Shown: piece by piece, positions 20,589 through 31,049 of the stretch | How the letters are laid out: the number at the start of each line of letters is the position of its first letter | Position numbering within the stretch: position 1 is the stretch's first letter | Origin: Nitrosopumilus sp. | Lineage (GTDB): Archaea > Thermoproteota > Nitrososphaeria > Nitrososphaerales > Nitrosopumilaceae | Assembly: GCA_965219345.1 (NCBI GenBank) | Contig: OZ244732.1 | Location: forward strand, 768,001-832,000 | Reading direction: 5' to 3' | DNA: 64,000 nt | Made by a program: the position numbers and the translations under genes | The notes under the pieces: generated by a model | Database searches by the model: none | Told to the model about the DNA's origin: nothing | What the model saw: only the letters and a program-made list of their open reading frames with translations

Positions 20589-20687
20589 ATATAACTTCAA
20601 TGGAAAGCGATGAAAAAACACATGCATACAAGTTTGAAAAAAACGATTCTAACACAATTGCTACAAAGGGGATTGAGAATAATTTTG

Positions 20688-21590
20688 GGTGATTATCAAT
20701 CATTCACCACCAGTACATAATCAGGCAATAATGAGAAAGTGTCCTCATCTCTATTGTTGTATCTCCATTCCCTCTCCTTGATGTACAACAGAAACTTTTC
20801 AGAGCCAACACCGTGATGCTTGCCGTTCTCTCTTTTGCAAAACTCCAAAAACCTTCAGTTCCGTTGATGCAGGCATCGCCTTTTCCAAACATCCTACTGT
20901 GATTAGCTGACAGATGACGATAACCATGAAACATCAATGAGTCATAACCTTCCCACTTGTCTGTATACGCAATGCTTCCTTTCCTTACTTTCTTGATGGT
21001 TCCAGCAAGAAGTGTCCTGGCTTTCACATTTGTGACAATCTCAACGTGAACCCTTCCCTTTCTCTCTAGAATTCCAAATACAATTGCCTCGTTTTTGGCA
21101 CCACGTCCACGATCTCCCTTCCCTTTGCCTCCAAAATACGCGCCTCATCAGCCCCAATTTTGCCCTTTGGTTTTTGTCTGACTTCAAGATGGCATGACAT
21201 GGAAAGCGTATACAATCAGATGCATTTAGTGCAGTAGGATAACTGACATCTGCCTCTCTTGCTGCACGTCTTGCACTAATCCCAGGATCAAAGAGTCTGA
21301 TTAGAATCAACCATTTTGTAAAACCAACATTGACTGTATCCAACCATGTTCCACCAAACGGCCTGTAATCTATTTTACAATCTTCGCATCTTAATTTTCC
21401 TCTTAATATGATGTAATACTTTTTGGAACCACATGAGGTACAACGAACTGTATTTTTCTTTTGGAATTCCTTACAGGGAAATTCCAATGCAGTTGATTTG
21501 TTGTAAATTATTTTGGATAATTCAATCAAGTTGATTGCTTTTCCCAATAATTGTGTGAAATCAGTTGGCGGTAACAGGTTTACAATCACC
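20688..21590 (-). mobile_element. IS1595-family element with frameshifted transposase
   Basis: Zn ribbon CTSC..CEDC, YTD.W..Y..L, NH, ING.EGFWS split over ORFs 21041-21589 and 20704-21027; imperfect ~25 bp IR GGTGATT...ACC.CCA at both ends. Confidence 0.8.
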
Positions 21591-21632
21591 TATTGTTTTA
21601 TGACGCGTGATGATAATGATTAGCATTGTAAT

Positions 21633-22076
21633 CAGTACTTGGGAAAGTAACCAGCCAACATCTCCCAAATGGTATTCTGATTTACTTTTCTTAAAGAAAT
21701 CTACAACGATAATGCCAAAGATGCATTTGAGAATTTCAATTGTGATGATTGGATTTGCATGTGAGATGGAATAATTATTTCTTAACATACAATTTGCAAT
21801 TATCCATGCATTAAACAAAATCAACGGATAAAAAAAGTATAAAAATCTCATACTATGATTCCTACTGCAAGTTCTTGGTCTGAATTTTCTAACACATACA
21901 TAACCCGTTTCTATTCCACAACATGTAGAATTTTTAATGTGTGCAAAAGTAACATCATAATAATTCACATTTGATGGAGCAGTACACCCCCATCAAGCTT
22001 TTTCTATCATGATTATTCTATCAAATGATCAAAAATTGGTTTTTTAGGATAATTGGAGTTGCTTTCCCAAGTACTG
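21633..22076 (-). mobile_element. Internally deleted ISH3-family element (MITE-like, 444 bp)
   Basis: 18/19 bp IR CAGTACTTGGGAAAG(T/C)AAC; 5 bp TSD GTAAT both sides; transposase tail GIETGY...RPRT.SRNH..R..YF. Confidence 0.9.
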
Positions 22077-22202
22077 GTAATACGATCGGAATAATTAATG
22101 AAGTTAATCAAAAAAAATATTTATGGCAAAAAACTAAGGCTAAAAAATTGAGTTTATCATAATTTTCAAAATAATCGATCAGGTCAATTGTGTGAATACA
22201 AG

Positions 22203-23342
22203 TTATTCAGGTAATAACTCAGGATATGCCACAAAGAGTTCATCCAGATATGGTTGTGGAAAATCATTATTTACAATATGCTGATAACGCATTTCATTTG
22301 GAAATGGTAATTGCAATAACCATGTAGCATAGTCATCCATATCAGGCGGATTGCCTTGCGGTGGTGTTGGATTGTATCCAAGATCTGGTCTGTTTTGATC
22401 TACCCATGTTTGATTGTAAACTGGTATTGGATCTGAAAGAGCAAAGTTAGAACGAATGTTTGCTAACATTGATTCATGGTATGTGTAATCATCTGCAGAC
22501 CAATTAGCTGTTTTAGTATCTGTATCATACATATCGGTCATACCATCATGTATGGCAATTGTTCTAGTAACACCAATTATATTTCCAGGTGAAATGTATA
22601 GTTCTGCTATCTGGTCACCAAATCTAGGTTGCTCTATTTTCATAGTGATGATTTCTTGTTGGGGACCTGTGTTGTCAAATTCATAAGGAATTACACCCTC
22701 ATTACGCAATACAGGTGGAGAAATATCCCATCGCTCTTGATGTGCTTCATTGACGTAACGCTGATCAAGTATTTTTACAAATGATGGAGAACGAATTAGA
22801 ATTTCATTTTTTAAACAAGATTCATGGTATTGTGCTGGATCAAATATTTCATCTGGATCTTCATATCCAGCATCAATATCAGGCATTACATAAGAATAAT
22901 CAATGATTATATCAAACTCTTCACCAACAGGCACTTGGCTTGGAGTATCAATCGTATATGTTGGTAAATTTGTTGGACATCCATAAGTCATGCTAGATGA
23001 AAATGATGAAGTTGAATTAGATACAATGCTAGATGAATGAGTAATTATTCGTTCATTAGATAATACAATAGAAATACCAGATTCATGAATTTCAGGAGTT
23101 ATAATTTCTTCAGACACATTATGTGGAATTATCTTCCAATTTAATTTGTCTGCGGTTCTTTCAGTAACACATGCAGGTTGTCCATTTGTACGAATGGTTA
23201 AAACCAGATTTTCTTTACAGATTACATTTTCAGGGGCAATTCCAGATTCTAATTGATGTTTAGGACTATCAATGGATGAAGAAAATGCCATAGAAGATGA
23301 TACAATAAAAAGTAGAGGTATCAAAAGCAATATTTTATTCAT
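22203..23342 (-). CDS. Secreted hypothetical protein with Nitrosopumilus-type N-terminal SP.KQ...G....V.C...PACV motif
   Basis: Signal peptide then SPKHQLESGIAPENVICKENLVL...PACV. Confidence 0.75.
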   Translation of the reverse strand: MNKILLLIPLLFIVSSSMAFSSSIDSPKHQLESGIAPENVICKENLVLTIRTNGQPACVTERTADKLNWKIIPHNVSEEIITPEIHESGISIVLSNERIITHSSSIVSNSTSSFSSSMTYGCPTNLPTYTIDTPSQVPVGEEFDIIIDYSYVMPDIDAGYEDPDEIFDPAQYHESCLKNEILIRSPSFVKILDQRYVNEAHQERWDISPPVLRNEGVIPYEFDNTGPQQEIITMKIEQPRFGDQIAELYISPGNIIGVTRTIAIHDGMTDMYDTDTKTANWSADDYTYHESMLANIRSNFALSDPIPVYNQTWVDQNRPDLGYNPTPPQGNPPDMDDYATWLLQLPFPNEMRYQHIVNNDFPQPYLDELFVAYPELLPE

Positions 23343-23418
23343 TTATGACTACATTCTATTGTTTTAAGTTAAAAAAAGTAACTATACTTTACGCTGTTCC
23401 AAATTCTGTACATTTGAG

Positions 23419-23495
23419 TACACTAACATCTTCGAGGGTTTTCATCGATTTCAGATTACTGTTACATTCGAGGGCTAGAGTGTTACGTTAGAGGG
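23419..23495 (+). repeat. ~75 bp dispersed repeat, copy 2 (2 nt deletion in first motif)
   Basis: TACACTAACATCTTCGAGGGTTTTCATCGATTTCAGATTACTGTTACATTCGAGGGCTAGAGTGTTACGTTAGAGGG. Confidence 0.95.
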
Positions 23496-23751
23496 CTAGT
23501 CTACAGCTAGCTCAAATGTGCCTTTTTTGCCGTCAATTATTATCTCGTCATTTTCCACAAATTGATGCTTTTCATACAACTGAGTCAGTATTATGCAGTC
23601 CTTGTTATTTACCTTCATGTCACAGGTTTTCCCCTTAAATTTCAGCTTGAAAATCTCATCTTTCGCAGGAAACTCATCCCTGATTGATTTTGGCAGGACC
23701 TACATACTTGTATTTGGCCTCACTTGCAGACAGATTCTTTACAAACTTCAA
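23496..23751 (-). pseudogene. Small frameshifted gene coupled to the REase stop (possible B3/AbrB-like DNA-binding fold)
   Basis: MKFVKNLSASEAKYKYVG, frameshift, DEFPAKDEIFKLKFKGK...GTFELAVD*; TTG overlaps REase TGA. Confidence 0.45.
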
Positions 23752-24460
23752 AGCACCTTCTCCCTGTTTGTGAAGCATGAATCAAGCTTGTCTGGCAGTA
23801 CCCTAAATCCTGTTCCATGATCATGAGGTCTTCCGTCTGGATATTGTCCAATTCTAATATCTACAAGAATTTTCCCATCTTTGAGTAGTTTGATGAAATT
23901 ATCAAAATCAACTCCGTGCATCATCCAAGCCTCATTGAAATGAAATTCTTCGTCTTTGCCACTTCCTCTACAATCTGCCTTGACATACAACAAGTTTCTA
24001 GGATACTTTCGATTAAATGCTTTTTCTAGTTCTTGTTTTTCCCAGTATGGACTAGGCATTGTACCACAATCAGAATGAGTAATCTCTACTATATTATCAT
24101 GAACATCTAATCTTGAATCCGTCTTTGCTATAAAGGGTGTTCTTTGATACTGCGTTTAGTGTTGTGTGTAGCTTTTTTCTGTCATTTTTTGAAGGGCGGC
24201 CAAACTTTTTGCAATAGTTTTGTGTTAACTTTTTCAGGCATTGGTGATTTTGTAAACAATGTAAACATATTAGAAGATCCTTTTCTTGCTGACTTTAGTT
24301 CTGTTTGGTGTCCGTTTGGCCCTGCAATGTTATTTTCCTCAATTCCTAGCAAGTCCTCTAATGTCTTGCCGATACCTGTGTTTCCGCCTCTATGGGTTTT
24401 GATGAATCCTTGGTTTTCTATTTTCTTTAGATCATCTACGAGTTCACTGTATTTTTTCAC
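23748..24460 (-). pseudogene. MvaI/BcnI-family restriction endonuclease, frameshifted
   Basis: GNTGIGKTLEDLLGIEENN, ELKS.R, TLFTK.P and C-terminal HDHGTGFR split across two ORFs. Confidence 0.85.
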
Positions 24461-24567
24461 AAATCGAATCTGTATTGCATGATAATAACAATTTCCTAAC
24501 AATGTCTATAAAGATGGAAGTTTATCTCTACAATTGTCATCTAGTGATTAAAACAATCATTGTGTTG

Positions 24568-24873
24568 CTATTGTAAACCAATCTCTACAGGCATTATGTT
24601 CTTGACCAATTCTGATTTTATTTTTGTTTTTTCAACAACTTCAAACATTTTTTTTATGTCGGATGGCACATTAACCTCTAAAACCTTACAGTCTTGTTTT
24701 TCTTTATGTTTCAAGTATTCATGTGCAAAAGATCGACTTATTGATCTTATGCCAGTGAAATCCAATAACACTTGATCCTTATTTTCAAAATCCTCTGCCT
24801 TGAATATGTTTGAAACCATATTTCGTAGGGATAAATCTTCAGAGACTCTATCCTTTAACAGTAATATGATCAT
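24568..24873 (-). CDS. STAS-like (DUF4325-type) protein
   Basis: VLLDFTGIRSISRSFAHE motif. Confidence 0.8.
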   Translation of the reverse strand: MIILLLKDRVSEDLSLRNMVSNIFKAEDFENKDQVLLDFTGIRSISRSFAHEYLKHKEKQDCKVLEVNVPSDIKKMFEVVEKTKIKSELVKNIMPVEIGLQ

Positions 24874-24915
24874 TTGTTATCTATCCTATAGAATATAATC
24901 ATATTATAAAATACT

Positions 24916-25704
24916 TTATTCAACATAATCATAAATATTGATTGTAGGCGTCCCTTTTGGGATTCTAACTGTGATTAATGTTCCACTTAAACCCCCAGTA
25001 TCAGTCAATCTGTATAAATTATCTGCATCACTATCAATGTGAACTGCTCCATTTCCAGATACAATAAAAAATTTAGCATTAAGCCCTTTTGTAAACAAAT
25101 TAAGCGAAGTTCTTAAACCAAATCCTCGATCTTCGTCTTTAGTTGAAACACCGTTTAATGCTTCACGTATTGCATAACTCGCTTCGTGATTGAAACCTTT
25201 TTCTTTGAAAGTTTGTGGTATGGTTATTCCATTATCATAAAAAGATAGATCAATGAAATCTTTGCGATCATAACGCTGTCCCATGATTAATACTCTAGTG
25301 AATTGTGAATGTTGGTATATGTTATCCACTAATTCACTGACAACATACTTGAATGCTGATTCTCCACCAAAATCATGAGGATTTCTTTGCATATCAAATA
25401 TTTTCTTCAGATGCAACTCTACATCATCATAATTGGAAGGCAATTCTACAATTGGAGTGTAGGTCTTATTGAAATTGGATGATGATGAATTTATTATCGT
25501 GTTAATGTAATTTGCAACTGGATAATTCGTAGGTTCAATATATTTATCCCTATTTTCGATAATCAATTCACTTAATGGAAGAAGGGTAGTAGGATGGATG
25601 AAATATATTGCACTTAAATCTAATTTGTCATCTTTGTCAAAATTGCATTTATGGTTGATGTATTCAATATACTCTGAAACTAAATTTGGATACTGAGCTG
25701 ACAT
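24916..25704 (-). CDS. GHKL/HATPase-domain protein (anti-sigma/kinase-like)
   Basis: SELVDNIYQHS (N box), YDNGITI (G1), GVSTK...RGFGL (G2), GTLI. Confidence 0.85.
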   Translation of the reverse strand: MSAQYPNLVSEYIEYINHKCNFDKDDKLDLSAIYFIHPTTLLPLSELIIENRDKYIEPTNYPVANYINTIINSSSSNFNKTYTPIVELPSNYDDVELHLKKIFDMQRNPHDFGGESAFKYVVSELVDNIYQHSQFTRVLIMGQRYDRKDFIDLSFYDNGITIPQTFKEKGFNHEASYAIREALNGVSTKDEDRGFGLRTSLNLFTKGLNAKFFIVSGNGAVHIDSDADNLYRLTDTGGLSGTLITVRIPKGTPTINIYDYVE

Positions 25705-25753
25705 CTTCTATGTTTGTGATGTTTTCCAATATATAATGATCAATAATTTCAAT

Positions 25754-27073
25754 TCAATACCTCATAAGAATTACACTTTCCCGCGTCATCGTATCGCCTG
25801 TATCTTTTGATATGTTCTCTGGTGCATTCTTTGATGGCATTGCCTTGTTTGGTATGCCTCTTTGGATTATCTTGTCAACCTTGAATCCGTACTTGCCCCC
25901 CAATTCCATAGTGATCAGGTCAGTTGGCATTACAACACGTCTCACTGTTCTGTTTGCAACTACAAAACAACAATGACTATTTTTTGGTACTAGATTATGT
26001 GATATTTCATCGAGACATTTATCAAGATCATAAAAGAACGAATAAACTGCTTCTGCTCTGCATGGTTTTTTGTTCTTTGTTAGCTCAATGTCGTTTTTTC
26101 TAACCTTGTCTAATGTATTATTCAATATTTCAGAACCCAAGTCATTACCTATTTTGTATCTTCCACCCAAACCTACTTTGTCAACTGCCAAAGCCTGTTC
26201 TTCTGGCAGTTCAAGCCAGAGACTAGAGTGTTTTGAGAACTGGCCATAAGCTACAGTAGTTCCATGATCACCATAAGGAGGAGAAGTAACAACAAGATGA
26301 TCTTTTTTGTCTTGCAATATATCATCATCAATCTTTGAGAAATTTTCCGTAATGTCTCGTGAATCTCCAAGCAATACGTGAGACTGCCCTTTGGGCATTG
26401 CATTAATCATATCGTTCATCTTGCTTATGTTGTCTTGTGCGATTTGTCTGAAAATTTCTATTGGTTTTGGATTGAATGCCACTCTATCAGAATCTGACAT
26501 TTTGTGAATCTTCCAAGCACCATTACGCTGATAGCTTGACTTTCTAATTGTCAATGAAAGGCATATCTTGAAAAAATCTCTTACATCTTTGTCTCTGATC
26601 TGAAATATATTATGTTTTAGAATGGCAAGTGTCTTTGTCGTATCTGGCTTATACCAATTATCAAGATCTAGTTTATCTGGCAAACACTCTGAATGATAAT
26701 CAGAATCAAGATAGTCTCTTGCAGAATTGCTCAATATTTTCTTTAGTGCCTTGTTTAGGTCTTTGTGTATCGGTGTTGTCTTGACCTTTGATAGTAAAAC
26801 AGCAAACGGGTTTATGTCAATTTCGACAGCTTGGTTTCCGTGTAATATAGATTCTAGCAACACACCGCCAGAACCCATGAAGGGGTCAAAGACTACGTCT
26901 GTTTTGTTCTTGGCATACTTTGCGATAACTCGTTTTGCAATCTCTGGATGTATCCTTGCAGGATAAAGATACAAAGCATGTGTGTAATTTTTTGTACTTT
27001 TATCTAAAAAAGTCCATTCTGTTTTTTGCAATTGCTTGTTGTACAGATATTCAGTATTTGTGATTTGTGCCAT
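25754..27073 (-). CDS. N4-cytosine-type DNA methyltransferase, MvaI-like cognate MTase
   Basis: YPA, DPFMGSG (motif I), DINP, TSPPYG (motif IV); same strand as the MvaI-like REase. Confidence 0.85.
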   Translation of the reverse strand: MAQITNTEYLYNKQLQKTEWTFLDKSTKNYTHALYLYPARIHPEIAKRVIAKYAKNKTDVVFDPFMGSGGVLLESILHGNQAVEIDINPFAVLLSKVKTTPIHKDLNKALKKILSNSARDYLDSDYHSECLPDKLDLDNWYKPDTTKTLAILKHNIFQIRDKDVRDFFKICLSLTIRKSSYQRNGAWKIHKMSDSDRVAFNPKPIEIFRQIAQDNISKMNDMINAMPKGQSHVLLGDSRDITENFSKIDDDILQDKKDHLVVTSPPYGDHGTTVAYGQFSKHSSLWLELPEEQALAVDKVGLGGRYKIGNDLGSEILNNTLDKVRKNDIELTKNKKPCRAEAVYSFFYDLDKCLDEISHNLVPKNSHCCFVVANRTVRRVVMPTDLITMELGGKYGFKVDKIIQRGIPNKAMPSKNAPENISKDTGDTMTRESVILMRY

Positions 27074-27280
27074 AATGCGATCACCTATTTTTTGACTGGC
27101 TTTACGTTGATTAGGTTCTGTCAACTTAACGGGTGTCAGGCACAAATCTTCTGCCTGTCAAAACTCGGGACACATGGTTAGGTAATATGTCAAATTTTCT
27201 CGATAAATTGCCATATGATCAGCGATCTAAAGCAAAAGATCGGATGTACGTTTATTATCAAAATCAAGGAGGCTCAAATC

Positions 27281-27739
27281 ATGATTAAAACTAAATCCAT
27301 TTACAAGCCAGTTGAAGAAGAAGATGGACTTCGAGTCTTAATTACAAGATGGTATCCAAGAGGTGTTAAAAGAGACAAATATGATATTTGGGTACGAGAA
27401 TTAGCTCCAAGTCCAGAACTTTTAAAAAAATATAAAAATTCTGAAATTAAATGGAATGATTTTACAATATCTTTATTGTCAGAATTACGAGATAGTATTG
27501 ATAGTATTGAAGCTATACATGCACTACAAACACAAAGTCATATGCAAAATGTAACTCTGCTTTGTTATGAAAAGGATGGGGAACCATGTCATAGACACAT
27601 GGTTAGAGATTTGATTGAAGCACCATCATTGTTACCATCATTGTTACAATCATCGTTTGAACCTATACACACTGATCACCATGAATTTACTCCTATGCAG
27701 GAACATGTTCCCGACGAGGAGTGTCTTGTCGTACCCTGA
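27281..27739 (+). CDS. DUF488 family protein
   Basis: DG.RVLITR.YPRG, LAPS..L, TLLCYE...PCHR; AAGGAGG upstream. Confidence 0.85.
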   Translation: MIKTKSIYKPVEEEDGLRVLITRWYPRGVKRDKYDIWVRELAPSPELLKKYKNSEIKWNDFTISLLSELRDSIDSIEAIHALQTQSHMQNVTLLCYEKDGEPCHRHMVRDLIEAPSLLPSLLQSSFEPIHTDHHEFTPMQEHVPDEECLVVP

Positions 27740-28060
27740 ATCATTTATGTGTAATCCTTCAAGAATTACTTCTTTTTTCCAAGGATATTTTCTAATACCT
27801 TCATATATTCCCCATTCTAAAATTTGTTGATCATGAGGATTTTTTGATTTACAACTTGAGCATCTATATTTCATACGTGGTTGAACATCATAATTATGAA
27901 TAGTTAGAAAAGGTTCTTCACTAAAGAGATTTTTTTGAACTGTTACTTCTTGTTCATTCCTTTTTACAAATCTAGTACTGCATTCTTGAGGTTTGATAAA
28001 TCCTAAACTTTTATTGTCTGCATAAATATGATGCTTCTGGATTATTTCAACAAACCAAAG
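27650..28060 (-). pseudogene. 5'-truncated hypothetical protein (YRC..C..H...LEW motif)
   Basis: Plausible protein tail; upstream part abuts a transposase remnant on the opposite strand. Confidence 0.5.
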
Positions 28061-28061
28061 A

Positions 28062-28448
28062 AATTGCAGGAACAAAACCCAAAGTGATAATCACAGACGG
28101 TTTACATTCTTATGCAAGGCATACCGTAAGGAGTTTTGGACACAAGAAAGAAGATACAGAACATTACACATTAAACATATTCATCTTAAAGGTGATATGA
28201 ATAACAATAAACAGGAACGATTTAACGGTGAATTTCGTGACCGTGAGAAGGTAATGCGTGGAATAAAGAAAACAGATTCAGCAATGTTTGATGGATATCA
28301 AATCTATCACAACTATGTACGCCCACATATGGGATTAAATGGTAAAACTCCTGCCGAGGTTTGTGGCATTGATGTTAAAGGAATTAACAAATGGCTTACA
28401 TTGATACAAAATGCAAGTAAGAATGATTATACAAAATCTGTGTTCTAA
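28062..28448 (+). pseudogene. IS6-like DDE transposase C-terminal remnant
   Basis: PKVIITDGL.SY, NN..ERFNG..R.R, YHNY.RPH..L.GKTPAE, NKW.TLIQNA; second tail (NKWKTIIQNAS) near 28900; IS6-like IR GGCTCTGTTGCAAG ending 28998. Confidence 0.75.
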
Positions 28449-28457
28449 ATAATTAAT

Positions 28458-28745
28458 TTATTTTTTAAGAACTGCAAGACCTAATGCAATTCCTCCTAAT
28501 ACTCCACCACCGATAATCAAAGCTTTTCCTAAATCACTTTTCCATACATGCTTTGCAAATTCTGTGACAGATTCGTATGGATCATGTTCATCATAGTGTG
28601 TTGCACAATTTCCAGTTTTGGAATCGCATTCTGCATGTAAATGACCATTTCTGAAATGAACTTTGTCCAGTTTTTCTCCTACTGATGGTTTCCAATTAAG
28701 ATTATTTTGATAATCTTCAATCCTCATATTCCTATAAGGAAACAC
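28458..28745 (-). CDS. Hypothetical protein with C-terminal TM helix
   Basis: 95 aa ORF, His-rich core, GGGVLGGIALG tail. Confidence 0.55.
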   Translation of the reverse strand: MFPYRNMRIEDYQNNLNWKPSVGEKLDKVHFRNGHLHAECDSKTGNCATHYDEHDPYESVTEFAKHVWKSDLGKALIIGGGVLGGIALGLAVLKK

Positions 28746-28998
28746 TAGAATTTAAGAGATCTAAATAATATAATAACCTAGAAATATTTTAGGAACAAAG
28801 TCCTTAAGTTTGAGTTTAACGCAATAACTAAAGTTATGGAAAACACCGATAATGATTTGTTAGAAAGAGCAGTCCAAGCCTCAATGACTGAAGTAGATGG
28901 AAAAAATAAGTGGAAAACCATCATTCAAAACGCCTCACTAAACACAACTACCGAGTAATTTTTTTGGAGAAATTAGGTCACCAACTTGCAACAGAGCC

Positions 28999-29340
28999 AA
29001 GGATGATAAAAAACGAAAATTTTATCCTAATTCCCGTTTCAAATCTGGTAGTATTAGATATAGGGATATGGAGGATGTATGGATAATCAATCGCAAGTAT
29101 TGGAGAAATGAAAAGAAAACTCCTACAAAATTACCCTCGGAAATAATCCAAAAAGTCCTTCAATACACAAGTAAGCCCGATGATCTGGTTTTAGATCCTT
29201 TTTTGGGATCAGGTCAAGTCGCAGTAGTTAGTAAAGAAATGGGTAGACGTTATCTGGGATTTGAAATGATTAAGGAGTACTATGATTTTGCTAAAAAAAG
29301 GATTGGTAATGCCAAGATCCAGAAATTATTAGAAGACTAG
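28999..29340 (+). pseudogene. N6/N4 DNA methyltransferase (beta class) C-terminal fragment
   Basis: DVW.I, P.KLP, DLVLDPFLGSG, RRYLGFE; begins directly at an IS6-like IR. Confidence 0.8.
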
Positions 29341-29430
29341 CATGCTGTTCAATTCGGGACATGAGGGGCAAATGTCCAGAGTTTGGAACAGTGTAAGATT
29401 TTTTAGCAGGGGTATTTCTATCAACAATAC

Positions 29431-29994
29431 ATGGTTCCAAATACCAAGGATTTTGAATTAAAATTATCTGAATTGTTGAGAAATGCAGAACTACAAAAGC
29501 GGAGATTCACAGATATTTCTTCTGGAAATCTCCACCAATTGGTAGGTGGTTATCCATCAACAAAGAATGAAGATCATGCGATGCCAACTTGTTGTAATGT
29601 CATGCGTAAGTTTCAAAAACCAAATGACGAAATTTTACATGAATCACCTAGTGGTCAAAGTACGACATTAGTGATTCGTTATCATCTTCCTAGATCTTTA
29701 TACAAAATAGCAGTTGGCAATACAAAAATCTGTCCAATTTGTAAAGATTCCAACTTCAATAATATTGAACCCAAATTCATGTTTGCAGTATATTTTAACA
29801 TAAATAACAAACATGTCATGATCCATAAAAATAATATTCATAAACTAGAGATTCATGGCGGTATCCATAATTATAATTCAGGGGATTGGAAATATTTTGT
29901 TACAGAAGACGAAGCTAAAAGTTATGCTGAAAGTATCCATAAATCAAAAGCACTTCCAAGGCCAACATATTGTAAAACATGTTACAACAGTTAG
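29431..29994 (+). CDS. Hypothetical two-domain protein with Cys/His motifs
   Basis: LH..VGGYP...H.MP.CC.VM N-domain; CPIC and CKTC motifs. Confidence 0.65.
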   Translation: MVPNTKDFELKLSELLRNAELQKRRFTDISSGNLHQLVGGYPSTKNEDHAMPTCCNVMRKFQKPNDEILHESPSGQSTTLVIRYHLPRSLYKIAVGNTKICPICKDSNFNNIEPKFMFAVYFNINNKHVMIHKNNIHKLEIHGGIHNYNSGDWKYFVTEDEAKSYAESIHKSKALPRPTYCKTCYNS

Positions 29995-30099
29995 TATCAT
30001 CAAATGATGTGGAAGTACTTTCCTTTGATAAACATAAAGTATCTCTACCCAAAGGAGATTTGAAGAAAGGTAACTGTTCACGTCATTTGACCCCCCCGT

Positions 30100-30516
30100 C
30101 TAGACGTATTTTGCCATCTCTGCGAGGTGATCCAGCCCCGCGTTCTTCCACGTCGCAAAGCATGTGAAGATGTTGCCCATCGGGTCTGCAGTCTTCTCTG
30201 ACCGCAGCGCGCCGCGAATCTTCCTTATGCTGTTCAGCAGGACGGTGGGAGGCCTGCCTGACCTTGGGCCGTCCTGCAGGCCACCGGGTCCGCGGCTCTT
30301 GAACCTCTCAATCCACAGCCTGACGCACCTTGACGTAACGCCAAATACCTCCGCAACGTGGGAGACGGGGTCGCCCAGCTTGAGTACTGCGCGTACTGCA
30401 AGCATCCTGACCCGTGCCCTGAGATCCTTTTCTGCACCTATTGCGTCATCTAGCTCTTCTAGTCTGTCCATAGGACTCGTGATTCGTATGATCAATAAGC
30501 TTTGCTGTCCGATCAA
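30100..30516 (-). pseudogene. IS630-family transposase HTH remnant (GC-rich)
   Basis: VAEVFGVT...VRLWI.RF...G..GL.D.PRSGRPP; no DDE domain. Confidence 0.8.
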
Positions 30517-30758
30517 TTTATGCGGAAATTACTTTGGAGCGTCACTATGGGCTCGCACACTTCTTTTGGAGAAGATCTTAAAACTCACTTTAGGACGGCA
30601 AACCTTGGAGATCACTTATTTTGAACAGAGCCTTATTTTCGGGGAATAAGTATTCCTGATCCCAGGCATTGCTGTACGGAAACCGGTCAAACTATTGGAA
30701 AATCACATGGAATGTACAAGGATAGTACTGATCTGGCATTATACGGTATGCTTAAATA

Positions 30759-31049
30759 TTGGTCGCCAAACATACAGCTACGTCAAAACCACAAAACTTT
30801 ACAGTAACTTTTGTAATTCAGGGACAAGGGTTTTCGGTAGAGATAGATCCCAAACAACAAGTTATAGAAGGAGTTGTAAAGGCATTGCAACAGTCAGGTA
30901 ACTCGGGTGATGCAAATGAATGGAAAGTAAGAACCGAGAGTGGGCAAGAGCTATTTACAGACAAAAGTTTCGAAGAGCAAGAGATCAAGAGCACAACCAA
31001 ATTGTTTCTTAACAAAGGCCCCGGTCGTGGTGGAATTACCAATCCTTGA
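30759..31049 (+). CDS. Ubiquitin-like protein (DUF2604/BilA-like) with GG followed by a 4-residue tail
   Basis: Beta-grasp pattern; AL..SGN.G...EW.VR..G..L...LFLNKGPGRGG-ITNP. Confidence 0.8.
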   Translation: MVAKHTATSKPQNFTVTFVIQGQGFSVEIDPKQQVIEGVVKALQQSGNSGDANEWKVRTESGQELFTDKSFEEQEIKSTTKLFLNKGPGRGGITNP

